The position numbers and the translations under genes are program-made. Below, piece by piece: positions 1 through 9,605 of a DNA stretch of 64,000 nucleotides (the stretch's first letter is position 1; each line of letters opens with the position of its first letter). This DNA comes from Thermodesulfobacteriota bacterium (GTDB lineage Bacteria > Desulfobacterota > Binatia > Bin18). The notes under the pieces were generated by a model, which was not told the DNA's origin, did no database searches, and saw only the letters and a program-made list of their open reading frames with translations. The DNA lies in the NCBI GenBank assembly GCA_964291405.2, contig OZ219926.1:2336001-2400000 (forward strand), in the 5' to 3' direction.

Positions 1-141
1 GGTGAACAGGCCGAGCGAGATGACGAACGTGAAGAGCGAAGCGCCAAAGGCGGTTCGACGCACCAGCTCCACCGCATTCTTGTTGAGGGTCAACAGGAAG
101 AACGCCGTCAGCAGCGGAATGAAAACAATGAGGCTTACCAC
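1..141 (-). CDS. nuoM: NADH-quinone oxidoreductase subunit M, 5' end only (runs off window)
   Basis: Manual translation from GTG at 141 (VVSLIVFIPLLTAFFLLTLNKNAVELVRRTAFGASLFTF...) is hydrophobic, overlaps the nuoL stop and sits at the expected operon position. Confidence 0.8.
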   Translation of the reverse strand, partial: MVSLIVFIPLLTAFFLLTLNKNAVELVRRTAFGASLFTFVISLGLFT

Positions 142-2045
142 AGATAATACCCCAGAATCACAATCGCTCCACAACAGAACGACAGGGCGTAGGTCTGGAC
201 ATTGCCGGTTTGCCAGAAGCGCAGCACCGAGCCATTGGCCTGAATCACCTGGGCTGTGCCGTTGACCACCCCATCAATAACGACCGTATCCCACACCTTC
301 CACAGCCAGTCCGAGGCTGCCAGAAGAGGCCGGACAATCACCGCTTCGTAGAACTCATCAACATAATACTTGTTCAGCAACAACTGATGCAGACCAGCGA
401 ACTGCTGGCTGAGACGGTCGGCCCTTCCTCTACCAGGGGCAAAAGGGGGGTCTTGCACATACAGCCGATAGGCCAGCCCGATCCCTCCCAGCCCAAGCAG
501 GGTGGGCAGATATTTCACCAGGGGCGACACATGCGGATGCTCATGGCCGTAGAGCGGGCTGAGCAGTTCGGGCACGGTAAAATAGCCACCGATCAAGGAC
601 AGGATGGCAAGCACCACCAGGGGCACGGTCATGACCTGGGGCGATTCATGAATATGGTGGGCAACCTCGGGATCAGAACGGTTTTCTCCCCAAAACGTGA
701 CAAAGAATAACCGAAACATATAGAAGGCGGTCAAGCCCGCTCCCAGGGTCCCGATCAGCCACAGCACGGGAGAACCGTGCGGACTCCCAAAGGCGTGTTC
801 CAGGATGAGATCCTTGCTGAAAAAACCGGACAGTAAGGGAAACCCGGCGATAGCCAGACAGCCGATGGCAAATGTTCCATAGGTGGTCGGCATCTTGCTT
901 TTCAGCCCGCCCATTTTGCGGATATCCTGCTCTTCGCTCATGCCGTGGATGACACTGCCGGCGCCGAGAAAAAGAAGGGCCTTAAAGAAGGCGTGGGTCA
1001 TAACATGAAACACGCCCGCCGCATACGCGCCCACGCCCAGTCCGAGAAACATATAACCCAGTTGACTGACCGTTGAGTAGGCCAGGACCTTTTTAATATC
1101 GGTCTGCACCAGGGCAATCGTGGCGGCAAACAGGGCGGTGACGGCCCCGACCACGGCCACGACGGCTAATGCGGTTTGGGATAGGGAATACAGAAAATGC
1201 ATCCGCGCTATCAAATAGATGCCGGCCGTCACCATAGTCGCGGCGTGGATGAGTGCGCTCACCGGTGTGGGGCCGGCCATAGCGTCCGGCAACCAAACAT
1301 AGAGCGGAATTTGGGCAGACTTGCCGGCCGCGCCAACAAAGAAGAGCAGGCAGATCAGCGTCACCGTCGTCGCGGGCAGCACTGAGGCGTGGGCGGCGAC
1401 TTCGCTGAACGACAGCGTCCAGACGCCGTGGGCCCCCAGGCTCCAGAACAAAAGAAACAGACCCAGAAGAAAACCGGCATCACCAATCCGGTTGACGATA
1501 AATGCCTTTTTCCCGGCACTGGCCTTTTCGTCGTCCGTATACCAAAAACCAATGAGTAAATAGGAGCACAGCCCAACGCCTTCCCAGCCTACGAAGAGCA
1601 GCAGGATGTTATCGCCCAGCACCAGCAGCAGCATGGCCGTGGTAAAGAGGTTGAGATAGGCAAAATAGCGCACCACATCGTCGTCGTGGGCCATATAGCC
1701 GACGGAGTAGACATGGATGAGAAAGCCGACACCGGTGATGACCATGATCATGGTGCCGGACAGGGGGTCAACTCGCAGCGCAATATCAACGTGCAGGGCA
1801 CCCGAGTAAATCCAGGGGTAGACACTATCAACCAAGGCACCGCCGTCCGGCAGTTGGACAAAGGCCGCAAACGCAAAGCAAAACGCGAGGAAGATCATAC
1901 CCGGCGAAACCCAGTTCACGACTTGTCTGCCATAGCGCGGCCCCAAGAAGAGGTTGAACACCACCCCGAGCAGGGGAAAGAGAACAATATAGCGAAGATA
2001 CGAGACCGTCTGGACGGCGACTTCAGCCGCGTGCGGATGTTCCAT
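135..2045 (-). CDS. nuoL: NADH-quinone oxidoreductase subunit L
   Basis: 636 aa; GWEGVGLCSYLLIGFW, GKSAQIPLYVWLPDAMAGPTPVSALIHAATMV and HAFFKALLFL motifs. Confidence 0.98.
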   Translation of the reverse strand: MEHPHAAEVAVQTVSYLRYIVLFPLLGVVFNLFLGPRYGRQVVNWVSPGMIFLAFCFAFAAFVQLPDGGALVDSVYPWIYSGALHVDIALRVDPLSGTMIMVITGVGFLIHVYSVGYMAHDDDVVRYFAYLNLFTTAMLLLVLGDNILLLFVGWEGVGLCSYLLIGFWYTDDEKASAGKKAFIVNRIGDAGFLLGLFLLFWSLGAHGVWTLSFSEVAAHASVLPATTVTLICLLFFVGAAGKSAQIPLYVWLPDAMAGPTPVSALIHAATMVTAGIYLIARMHFLYSLSQTALAVVAVVGAVTALFAATIALVQTDIKKVLAYSTVSQLGYMFLGLGVGAYAAGVFHVMTHAFFKALLFLGAGSVIHGMSEEQDIRKMGGLKSKMPTTYGTFAIGCLAIAGFPLLSGFFSKDLILEHAFGSPHGSPVLWLIGTLGAGLTAFYMFRLFFVTFWGENRSDPEVAHHIHESPQVMTVPLVVLAILSLIGGYFTVPELLSPLYGHEHPHVSPLVKYLPTLLGLGGIGLAYRLYVQDPPFAPGRGRADRLSQQFAGLHQLLLNKYYVDEFYEAVIVRPLLAASDWLWKVWDTVVIDGVVNGTAQVIQANGSVLRFWQTGNVQTYALSFCCGAIVILGYYLW

Positions 2046-2105
2046 CTCTACAGCACCAATCCCAGTCGATTCAGACTCTCTGCTCTGCGTTGTGTCATAC
2101 CGTCT

Positions 2106-2408
2106 CTACCATCGCATCAGGTTGAGTTCGTCCGCGTTGACCGTCTCTCGGCCACGGAAAACGAGCAGGATGATGGCCAGCCCAACCGCGACCTCCGCCG
2201 CCGCAACCGACATGACAAAGAACACGATGATCTGTCCGTCCATATTGCCGAAATGCCGGGCCAGGGCCACAAAAGACAGGTTGACGGCATTCAACATGAG
2301 TTCAATCGCCATGAAAATAATAATGATATTGCGGCGTAAGAGAACGCCCGTCACACCGATGGTGAACAGGATGCCGCTCAGAATGAGATGATAACTGGTT
2401 GGGACCAT
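2106..2408 (-). CDS. nuoK: NADH-quinone oxidoreductase subunit K
   Basis: 100 aa; [10 protein letters not shown] and [10 protein letters not shown] motifs. Confidence 0.97.
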   Translation of the reverse strand: MVPTSYHLILSGILFTIGVTGVLLRRNIIIIFMAIELMLNAVNLSFVALARHFGNMDGQIIVFFVMSVAAAEVAVGLAIILLVFRGRETVNADELNLMRW

Positions 2409-2419
2409 CTGCCGCCCTC

Positions 2420-2527
2420 AAAGAGTATTGGGTCTATGGGGTTTGTTGGGTGAGTTGGGTCTGTGGGGTCGGACACAAAGGGCTCAACAGACGCAAAGGA
2501 CTCAACAGACGCATACGTGTACTCTTT
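2420..2527. repeat. 108-bp inverted array of 9-mer units with the termini of the 54-bp element
   Basis: AAAGAGTA, then (TTGGGTCTN)-like units, then (GACNCAANN)-like units, ending ACGTGTACTCTTT; lies between nuoJ and nuoK. Confidence 0.8.
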
Positions 2528-3016
2528 CTATCGTTTTGCCAAGACCACTGCCCCAACGACCGCAACTAACAAGAGTATACCGGTGATTTCAAAGGGCAGC
2601 AGATACGTGGTGAAGAGCTGACTTCCCAAGGCTTCGACCGTCCCGAAGTTCTCGGGCAAGCTGCTCTCGGCCTGCTCGGACGAGGAGCGTTGCAGCAGCA
2701 GGCCCAGTTCTGCGAGCAAGATGACGCCACCAATAATGGCCGCTCTGCCCAAGCCGTGTCGCTGTGTCCGCAGGGTGTCGCTCTGCAAATTGAGCAGCAT
2801 AATCACAAATAAAAACAGGACCATGATCGCCCCGGCATACACAATGATCTGGAGCGCGGCGACCATATGGGCATTCAGAAACAGAAAATAGACCGCCAGA
2901 AGAAAGAGGGTCAGAACCAGAAAGAGGGCACTATAGACCGGACTGGGATGGGCGATGACCATGACCGCAACCACGACCAACGGAATAGCAAGGGCAAAGA
3001 AGGTCACGAAATCCAT
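2528..3016 (-). CDS. nuoJ: NADH-quinone oxidoreductase subunit J
   Basis: QIIVYAGAIMVLFLFVIMLL and YLLPFEI motifs; start placed at MDFVTFF just after the nuoH stop. Confidence 0.95.
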   Translation of the reverse strand: MDFVTFFALAIPLVVVAVMVIAHPSPVYSALFLVLTLFLLAVYFLFLNAHMVAALQIIVYAGAIMVLFLFVIMLLNLQSDTLRTQRHGLGRAAIIGGVILLAELGLLLQRSSSEQAESSLPENFGTVEALGSQLFTTYLLPFEITGILLLVAVVGAVVLAKR

Positions 3017-3021
3017 AGCGT

Positions 3022-4113
3022 CTACTCGAAGAGAAGAATAACCAGAGCGGTCAGCATGACGTTGGCCAGTGCCAGCGGGAGGAGAATTTTCCAACCGAGG
3101 CTGATGAGTTGATCATAGCGGAAGCGGGGCAGGGTCCAGCGAATCATAATCTGGAGCCAGCAGAAGAAGAGCACCTTTAGGGTAAAGGACCCGACCTGCA
3201 GCAGCGTCACGAGGAGTGAGGGCAGCGCGAGGGTGCCTCCCCACGGGAAATGAAACCCGTCCCGCAGCAGAAACGGCACTTGCCAGCCACCGAAGAAGAG
3301 CGTGGTAATCAGTCCGGCAACAATGATGGCTTCGACAAAGTCCCCCAGCATGAACATGGCCTGCTTGGCACCGGAATACTCGGTGAAATAGCCGGATATC
3401 AGCTCGGATTCGGCTTCGGGGAGGTCAAATGGAATCCGTTTACTCTCGGCTATCCCGGCGGCCAAAAAGATCAGAAAAGCAACCGGCTGATAGACAATGC
3501 CCCAGGCCGGAATCCAGCCCCCAATCAGCGCACCCTGGGCACGCGTAATCTCCTGCAAGTCCAACGAGCCAAAGGCCAGGACCACCCCGATGAGCGCCAA
3601 CCCCAACGGAATCTCGTACGAGATCATCTGGGCGGAGCCACGAATCCCGCCCAGGAGCGCCCAACGGTTATTGGAGGCCCAGCCGCCCAGGACGACGCCG
3701 TACACACTGAGTGAGACCATCGCCAGCACATACAGAATACCGATATTCAGATTGGCGGCCTGAAGCGTGATTTCCCGTCCGCCAATAATCAGCACATCAC
3801 CAAAGGGAATGACAATAAAGGTGACCAATAAGGGCACCAGGCCGATGGCCGGCGCAAGCGTATGCAGCAGCTTGTCCGCCCCCGGGGGCACAAAGTCTTC
3901 CTTGGTAAACAGCTTGATGGGGTCGGCCACCAAGGTGTTGACGATACCCAGATTAAAGGGGAGTTTTCCAAGCACAGCCGCTCGATTGGCACCAATCCGA
4001 TCTTGCAGAACCGCGCTGCCTTTGCGCTCCACCCACAGCAGCAGCCCGCCGAGATTCAGCACCATCAGCACCATCAGGATGGTCAGGCTCAACGTGATAA
4101 GAAAATCAATCAT
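3022..4113 (-). CDS. nuoH: NADH-quinone oxidoreductase subunit H
   Basis: ERK..QDRIG, AQMISYE, PFDLPEAESEL and RWTLPRFRYDQL motifs. Confidence 0.97.
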   Translation of the reverse strand: MIDFLITLSLTILMVLMVLNLGGLLLWVERKGSAVLQDRIGANRAAVLGKLPFNLGIVNTLVADPIKLFTKEDFVPPGADKLLHTLAPAIGLVPLLVTFIVIPFGDVLIIGGREITLQAANLNIGILYVLAMVSLSVYGVVLGGWASNNRWALLGGIRGSAQMISYEIPLGLALIGVVLAFGSLDLQEITRAQGALIGGWIPAWGIVYQPVAFLIFLAAGIAESKRIPFDLPEAESELISGYFTEYSGAKQAMFMLGDFVEAIIVAGLITTLFFGGWQVPFLLRDGFHFPWGGTLALPSLLVTLLQVGSFTLKVLFFCWLQIMIRWTLPRFRYDQLISLGWKILLPLALANVMLTALVILLFE

Positions 4114-4127
4114 AGAGTGCTTGACGT

Positions 4128-4634
4128 TCAGGGTCCTGATGTGGAAGCAGATTCGGCCTGTTTTGCCAACTCATCAATCAGGCTGAGCATACTCTCCGGG
4201 GTCTGGTTCTCGTGATAGTCGTCGTTGACCTGGATAACGGGAGCGGTCCCGCACGAGCCCAGGCATTCCACCTCACTCAGGGAAAATATCTTATCACCGG
4301 TGGTCTGACCGACCTTGACACCGAGCCGGTCTTCCAGACAGCGGACAATTTTTTCAGCGCCAAGCAGAGTACAGGAAAGATTCGTGCAGACCTGCACGTG
4401 ACACTTCCCCATCGGCTCCTTGTAGAACATGGTGTAAAAAGTCGCGACACCACGCACATAGGCAGGCGACAGGTCGAGCAACCCGGCAACATGCTCCATC
4501 ACTGCGGGGCTCAGATAACCGAACTCGGTCTGCGCCAGCCACAGCGTAGGCAGAATGGCGGCCTGCTTGGTGGGATAGCGGGTCAGCACATCCTCAAACT
4601 GTTTGTGCGTTTCCTCTGAAAATTGGACAGCCAT
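4128..4634 (-). CDS. nuoE: NADH-quinone oxidoreductase subunit E
   Basis: VATFYTMF; CTNLSC and ECLGSCGTAP [2Fe-2S] motifs. Confidence 0.96.
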   Translation of the reverse strand: MAVQFSEETHKQFEDVLTRYPTKQAAILPTLWLAQTEFGYLSPAVMEHVAGLLDLSPAYVRGVATFYTMFYKEPMGKCHVQVCTNLSCTLLGAEKIVRCLEDRLGVKVGQTTGDKIFSLSEVECLGSCGTAPVIQVNDDYHENQTPESMLSLIDELAKQAESASTSGP

Positions 4635-4677
4635 ACTCTGCTCTCAGCGCTAGAGAGGCGGCTCGTGCTCCCACCCC

Positions 4678-5904
4678 TTAGCGGTCACACTCTCCGCCGA
4701 TCATATTGACCATGCCAAACGTCGTAATAATGTCGGAGATCAGACATCCCCGCAGCATCTCGCCCAGCGCCGCCATACCGAAAAAACAGGGCGGCCGCAC
4801 CCGGACGCGATACGGGCGACCGCTGCCGTCACTGACCAGATAAAAGCTGAGTTCGCCGTTCGCGCCCTCCACACTCAGAAACGCCTCGCCGGGTGGAATT
4901 TTAACCCCTTCAATGACCAGCTTAAAATGGTTCATGAGACCCTCAATATTGCCGTACACCTGTTTTTTTTCGGGCAGCGTAATATTGGGGTCGTCAATCC
5001 GAATCGGGCCGCTCGGCAACCCGTTCAGCGCCTGCTCAATAATAGCCATGCTCTGTTTGATTTCTTCAAAGCGCACGGAAAAACGGTCGTAATTGTCGCC
5101 CTGGGTGCCGGTCGGGATGTCAAAATCAAAACGGTCATAGCCTGAGTAGGGCAGCGCCTTGCGCACATCGTAGGGGACGCCGGTTGCGCGTAGCAGCGGA
5201 CCGGTGAGACTGTAGGAAATCGCGTCTTCCGGAGACATGATTCCGACACCGGACATGCGGTCAATGAAGATGCGATTCTTGGACAACAGCTTATCACAGT
5301 CACCCAGGAGACGACGTATGTCGGTGAATGCAGTCCGCACGCGCTCGGCAAAGTCCTGCGGCAGATCGTGTGTCACGCCACCGACCCTGGCATAGCTGAC
5401 CGTCAGGCGGGCGCCGGTCACGGCCGTGACCAGGTCGTACAATGTCTCACGCGATTCCATCAGATAGAACCCCACGGAAATCGCACCGGCTTCAGCCGCG
5501 GCCATGCCCAGACATGTCAAATGGTCGGTAATCCGCGAAATCTCACTCATGATGACCCGGATATACTGGCAGCGTTCCGGGACCTCAACGTCAAGCAGGC
5601 GTTCGGCCGTCAGGGCAAAGGCCACATTATTAATGAGTGGCGAGGAGTAATTCAGTCGGTCGGTGTAGGGGATACAGTGATTCCAGGTGCGCTGCTCGCA
5701 CATCTTTTCAAAGCCGCGGTGCAGATAGCCGATCTCGACATCGCAGTTGAGTATTTTTTCTCCGTCAAGGGTGAGGTTAAATTTGATTGTGCCATGGGTT
5801 GCCGGATGGGACGGACCCATCTGCAATTCCATAATTTCAGAGGTGGGGTCGTGCTCAGCAACCTCTTTTTGAGCAGGGAGAAGGGGGGCCGCGGCTTCCG
5901 CCAT
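4678..5904 (-). CDS. nuoD: NADH-quinone oxidoreductase subunit D
   Basis: GPSHPATHG, GYLHRGFEK and C-terminal GGECDR. Confidence 0.97.
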   Translation of the reverse strand: MAEAAAPLLPAQKEVAEHDPTSEIMELQMGPSHPATHGTIKFNLTLDGEKILNCDVEIGYLHRGFEKMCEQRTWNHCIPYTDRLNYSSPLINNVAFALTAERLLDVEVPERCQYIRVIMSEISRITDHLTCLGMAAAEAGAISVGFYLMESRETLYDLVTAVTGARLTVSYARVGGVTHDLPQDFAERVRTAFTDIRRLLGDCDKLLSKNRIFIDRMSGVGIMSPEDAISYSLTGPLLRATGVPYDVRKALPYSGYDRFDFDIPTGTQGDNYDRFSVRFEEIKQSMAIIEQALNGLPSGPIRIDDPNITLPEKKQVYGNIEGLMNHFKLVIEGVKIPPGEAFLSVEGANGELSFYLVSDGSGRPYRVRVRPPCFFGMAALGEMLRGCLISDIITTFGMVNMIGGECDR

Positions 5905-5910
5905 AGGTTG

Positions 5911-6420
5911 TTACCCTTTATGCCATGGGTTGATAATCGGATCGCGTTCTTCGACTAAGGGTTGACGTTTGTTGACCGGATAATCCTTGCGGAGCGGATG
6001 GCCGCGGAACTCTTCGTACATTAGAATGCGACGCAGATCCGGATGATCGGTAAACGTAATCCCGAACATATCCCAGACTTCGCGCTCCAGCCAGTTTGCC
6101 GACTTCCAGACTGACGCGGCCGATGGTAGTTCGGCACTCTCCTCTGTGAGTCGGACTTTGACCCGCAGGCGATGATTATGTGTCAGTGAATGGAGGTGGT
6201 AGACGACCTCGAAGCGAGGCTCTTTCCCGAAAAAATCAACTCCGGTGATATCGAGCAACAGGTTGAAGGCAAAATCCGGCTGCTCCTTGAGCTGGCTCAA
6301 AACAGTTAGCAGATCTCCGCGATCGATGACAATCGTATCGTTCCCGTGCGAAGAGTGCTGCTCTTGTATCGTGCCGGGGAATGCCGTCTCGATATGAGAG
6401 AGAATGTCTGCTTCAGCCAT
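5911..6420 (-). CDS. nuoC: NADH-quinone oxidoreductase subunit C
   Basis: WLEREVWDMFG..HPDLRRIL..GHPLRKDYP. Confidence 0.97.
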   Translation of the reverse strand: MAEADILSHIETAFPGTIQEQHSSHGNDTIVIDRGDLLTVLSQLKEQPDFAFNLLLDITGVDFFGKEPRFEVVYHLHSLTHNHRLRVKVRLTEESAELPSAASVWKSANWLEREVWDMFGITFTDHPDLRRILMYEEFRGHPLRKDYPVNKRQPLVEERDPIINPWHKG

Positions 6421-6437
6421 CTCTGCCTATGGGCTAG

Positions 6438-6791
6438 TTAGGTCGATTCCAGCCCCCCCTTTTTCACCTCATAGACTAAACCCACAACCAGAACGAGCAC
6501 GAAAAGTAACATGGCCATGAAGCCGAACAGGCCCAACTGGCGGAAGACGACCGCCCAGGGATAGAGGAAGACCACCTCGACATCAAAGACAATGAAGAGA
6601 ATAGCGGCGAGATAAAACTTGACAGAAAAGCGTCCCCATGCAGAACCGCTGGGCGGATTGCCACACTCGAACGGTTCATCCTTGACCGCCGAGTGGGTTT
6701 TGACGCCGAGCATCGTGCTCGCAAAGGTCATGACCAAGGCCACGACCCCACCAAGGATCAGCGCAATCAGGACAGGAACGTATTGGTCCAT
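6438..6791 (-). CDS. nuoA: NADH-quinone oxidoreductase subunit A
   Basis: PFECG and FIVFDVEVVFLYPWA motifs. Confidence 0.97.
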   Translation of the reverse strand: MDQYVPVLIALILGGVVALVMTFASTMLGVKTHSAVKDEPFECGNPPSGSAWGRFSVKFYLAAILFIVFDVEVVFLYPWAVVFRQLGLFGFMAMLLFVLVLVVGLVYEVKKGGLEST

Positions 6792-6868
6792 AGAAAGCTC
6801 GTGTCAGCTCCGGCAGCTATGAGAGGCGGTGTATGGTCGTGTTGTCGTCTGCTCAATGCCCTCGGCAC

Positions 6869-6896
6869 AAGATACAGAGGCCCGGCACGGTGTCAA
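6869..6896 (-). promoter_or_regulatory. Putative sigma70 promoter of the nuo operon
   Basis: TTGACA-16 nt-TATCTT on the minus strand upstream of nuoA. Confidence 0.55.
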
Positions 6897-7069
6897 CAAC
6901 CCCAAGCATCCGCTTTCTCTACCCTAGACGCGGAACCACGGCCTATCGTTGACGTGCGCCTTTTCGTGCGGGCACGCTCGGTCCGTTCAATAGCACGGCC
7001 TTACCTCGTCCCTTCCTTGCAGGAGGACTGGGGAGGTGGTAAACCTTCCACACACGCGACCCTGGGGGA

Positions 7070-7123
7070 AAAGAGGAAATGTGTCCTCCAACAGCGTGGA
7101 GATGCTGGACATGTTTCCTCTTT
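7070..7123. repeat. 54-bp palindromic element, copy 1
   Basis: AAAGAGGAAATGTGTCC...GGACATGTTTCCTCTTT; ends 14 nt before tRNA-Ser. Confidence 0.9.
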
Positions 7124-7137
7124 CAGGCATGTTTATG

Positions 7138-7224
7138 GGAGAGGTGCCAGAGTCAGGCCGATCGGGCACGACTGGAAATCGTGTGTACCTTCGGGTACCG
7201 AGGGTTCGAATCCCTCCCTCTCCG
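7138..7224 (+). tRNA. tRNA-Ser(GGA), CCA not encoded
   Basis: GGAGAGG/CCTCTCC acceptor stem, CACGA-CTGGAAA-TCGTG anticodon arm, long variable arm, GGTTCGAATCC T-arm; followed by TCA. Confidence 0.95.
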
Positions 7225-7346
7225 TCAGTGGTGATAGCTAGGTCCTGCGCAAGGGAAGCCGGGAAATCCGTCAGGTCCGGAAGGAAGCAGCGGTACCGGA
7301 ACTCTCCCTGTGCCGCAGGGTAGCCTAGCTATCACCACTGACGCCA
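7225..7346 (+). ncRNA. ffs: Signal recognition particle RNA (4.5S)
   Basis: Domain IV motif TCAGGTCCGGAAGGAAGCAGC inside a long hairpin; canonical position upstream of dnaX. Ends approximate. Confidence 0.92.
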
Positions 7347-7401
7347 GTAAAGTGACACCGCAGCGTAACACACCGGACAACCCCAAACCCTTGGCGATGC
7401 T

Positions 7402-9168
7402 ATGAGCTATCTCGTTCTTGCCCGGAAGTGGCGACCTCAGACGTTCGATGACGTCATTGGGCAGGAACATGTTACCCGCACCTTGCGGAATGCGATTCGC
7501 AGTGAGCGCGTAGCGCACGCCTTCCTGTTTACCGGGCCGCGCGGGGTGGGGAAAACAACCACCGCCCGGCTTCTAGCCAAGGCTTTGAATTGTGAACAGG
7601 GGCCAACACCAGACCCCTGTAACGCCTGTAGCCAGTGTGAGGAGATCACGAACGGCAGCGCCATTGATGTCCTGGAAATCGACGGTGCCTCGCATACCGG
7701 AGTAGACAATGTTCGAGATTTGACCGAAGGGGTGCAGTACCGACCGGCCAAGGGCCGTTTTCGGGTGGTCATTATTGACGAAGTCCATATGCTCTCGAAT
7801 GCCGCCTTCAACGCCCTCCTGAAAACGCTGGAAGAGCCGCCGGCGCACGTCAAATTCATTTTTGCGACAACCGAATCCCATAAAATTTTGCAGACCATTC
7901 TGTCTCGCTGCCAGCGCTACGACTTCAAGCGGATCGCCCTGCGCGACCTCATACAGCAACTCGAACATCTGACACAAGCAGAAGGCTTTGAATGCGATGA
8001 GGCCGGGCTGGCCCTACTCGCGCGGGAGGCCGATGGGAGCCTACGCGATGCCGAGTCACTCCTCGACCAAGTGGTTGCGTGGAGTAACGGCCGAGTCGAT
8101 GAGGCGGCGGTCAGAAACGCCCTCGGTGTCGCCGACCGCCAGGCCCTGTTCCGGGTGGTTGAAGCGATCCTGGCTGAAGAGCCAGCTCAGGTGCTCCAGC
8201 TAACGGGAGATCTGTATCAATACGGGTATGACCCGCGCCGGCTGTGCCACGATCTGCTCCAACATTTTCACGATCTCGTTGTTGCCAAAGTGAGCTCTGA
8301 CGTGTCTGTCCTGGCCGACCTGCCCGATCACGAGGTTGAGATCGTCCGCAAACAGGCAGCCCTGCGCTCACGAGAAGATCTCCAGCGCTTCTTTGCCTCT
8401 CTGTTAGAGACGGAAGAAGCCGTGCGGAAGTCGGCTTATACCCAACTCGTCATTGAGATGGCGCTGGTCAAGCTGGCCAGCCAGCCACCGGTTCTTCCGA
8501 TTCAGGAAGCGCTGGCCAAACTGGAAGAGTTACAACACGAATTCGGAAGCAGCAGTAGCCGTCCAGCCCCGTCCAGACAGCAGCGCTTTCGGCCTTCTGC
8601 CTCGGTTGGGTCTATTGAGTCTGTTGGGTCTTCGGGTCTCAAGGACTCAAAGGACCCAAAGGACTCAAGTGACTCAACCGACGCAAAGCGAGCTTCCACC
8701 CCTGCTCCTCCTGCTGTTCCTGCGTCGGCTCCTGTTGCGAGTAGTACCGTAGAGCACTTGGAACAGGGCGAGCAGTGGGACGGCTTTCTGGCCATGGTTC
8801 GGAGCAAGAAAATCTCTCTCTTTTTTGCGCTGAAGGCGGGCTATTTGCTCGACGTGACCTCGACGGCTTTGCAGGTTGGAGTGGACAAGGACCCCTATCT
8901 GAAAGAGTTATCACGGCAAGAGAATCGGACTATTTTGGAGGAATCGGCCGAGCAGTTTTTTGGACGCAAGCTCACCATTGAGGTGCAAAAGGGAAAACAC
9001 GGACCGGCCACAAAAGGACTCAACCCACCACCGGGTGAGGGAGCTCGGCTGCCCAAGAGCGCCCAAGACCCGTCAGGCTCGGCAGACCCGCTCGTCAGAA
9101 CCGCTCTGGACATCCTCGGTGGAGAAATCCAGGAAAGGCGGACGCCGAGAGCGAGCGGGACCGGCTAG
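7402..9168 (+). CDS. dnaX: DNA polymerase III subunit gamma/tau
   Basis: YLVLARKWRPQTF, GPRGVGKTT, DEVHML, SRC; low-complexity linker with a repeat insertion. Confidence 0.98.
   Translation: MSYLVLARKWRPQTFDDVIGQEHVTRTLRNAIRSERVAHAFLFTGPRGVGKTTTARLLAKALNCEQGPTPDPCNACSQCEEITNGSAIDVLEIDGASHTGVDNVRDLTEGVQYRPAKGRFRVVIIDEVHMLSNAAFNALLKTLEEPPAHVKFIFATTESHKILQTILSRCQRYDFKRIALRDLIQQLEHLTQAEGFECDEAGLALLAREADGSLRDAESLLDQVVAWSNGRVDEAAVRNALGVADRQALFRVVEAILAEEPAQVLQLTGDLYQYGYDPRRLCHDLLQHFHDLVVAKVSSDVSVLADLPDHEVEIVRKQAALRSREDLQRFFASLLETEEAVRKSAYTQLVIEMALVKLASQPPVLPIQEALAKLEELQHEFGSSSSRPAPSRQQRFRPSASVGSIESVGSSGLKDSKDPKDSSDSTDAKRASTPAPPAVPASAPVASSTVEHLEQGEQWDGFLAMVRSKKISLFFALKAGYLLDVTSTALQVGVDKDPYLKELSRQENRTILEESAEQFFGRKLTIEVQKGKHGPATKGLNPPPGEGARLPKSAQDPSGSADPLVRTALDILGGEIQERRTPRASGTG
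8605..8688. repeat. Inverted 9-mer array in-frame in the DnaX linker
   Basis: GTTGGGTCT ATTGAGTCT GTTGGGTCT ... GACTCAAAG GACCCAAAG GACTCAAGT GACTCAACC GACGCAAAG; encodes VGSIESVGSSGLKDSKDPKDSSDSTDAK. Confidence 0.85.
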
Positions 9169-9209
9169 ACACGGGAGACTGCGCCTCGTCGCAGAGTGGA
9201 GGACACAGC

Positions 9210-9527
9210 ATGGCACACAATATGGGAGATATGATGAAGCAGGCCCAGCAGTTGCAGGCCAAACTGGCCCAGATTCAGGAAGACGCTGGGAAAAAGACCG
9301 TCGAGGCCTCGGCCGGCGGCAATATGGTCACAGCCACGGTGAACGGCAAGTTGGAACTCGTCGCGCTGCGCATTGACCCAGCCGTGGCCTCAGCCGATGA
9401 TGTCGAAATGCTGCAAGACCTCATTACTGCCGCGGTGAACGAGGGCATTCGGCAAGCCCAGAGCATGATGGCCACTGAAATGGGGAAAGTCACCGGAGGA
9501 CTCAAGATTCCCGGGCTGAACGCGTGA
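9210..9527 (+). CDS. ybaB: YbaB/EbfC nucleoid-associated protein
   Basis: MMKQAQQLQ..GGNMV..EMLQDLITAAVN; lies between dnaX and recR. Confidence 0.95.
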   Translation: MAHNMGDMMKQAQQLQAKLAQIQEDAGKKTVEASAGGNMVTATVNGKLELVALRIDPAVASADDVEMLQDLITAAVNEGIRQAQSMMATEMGKVTGGLKIPGLNA

Positions 9528-9550
9528 GCGCATTGACGACGAGGGATGTA

Positions 9551-9605
9551 AAAGAGTAAACGTATCCAGCATCCGCATCTTTATTGGAGAACACGGTTAC
9601 TCTTT
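9551..9605. repeat. 54-bp palindromic element, copy 2
   Basis: AAAGAGTAAACGTATCC...GAACACGGTTACTCTTT; directly abuts the recR ATG. Confidence 0.9.

Noticed and set aside
6693-7518. ORFs spanning the tRNA-Ser/SRP region
   Set aside because: They overlap structured RNA genes and have no protein motifs.
7402-9168. dnaX programmed -1 frameshift
   Set aside because: I saw no A AAA AAG slippery site or long A run.
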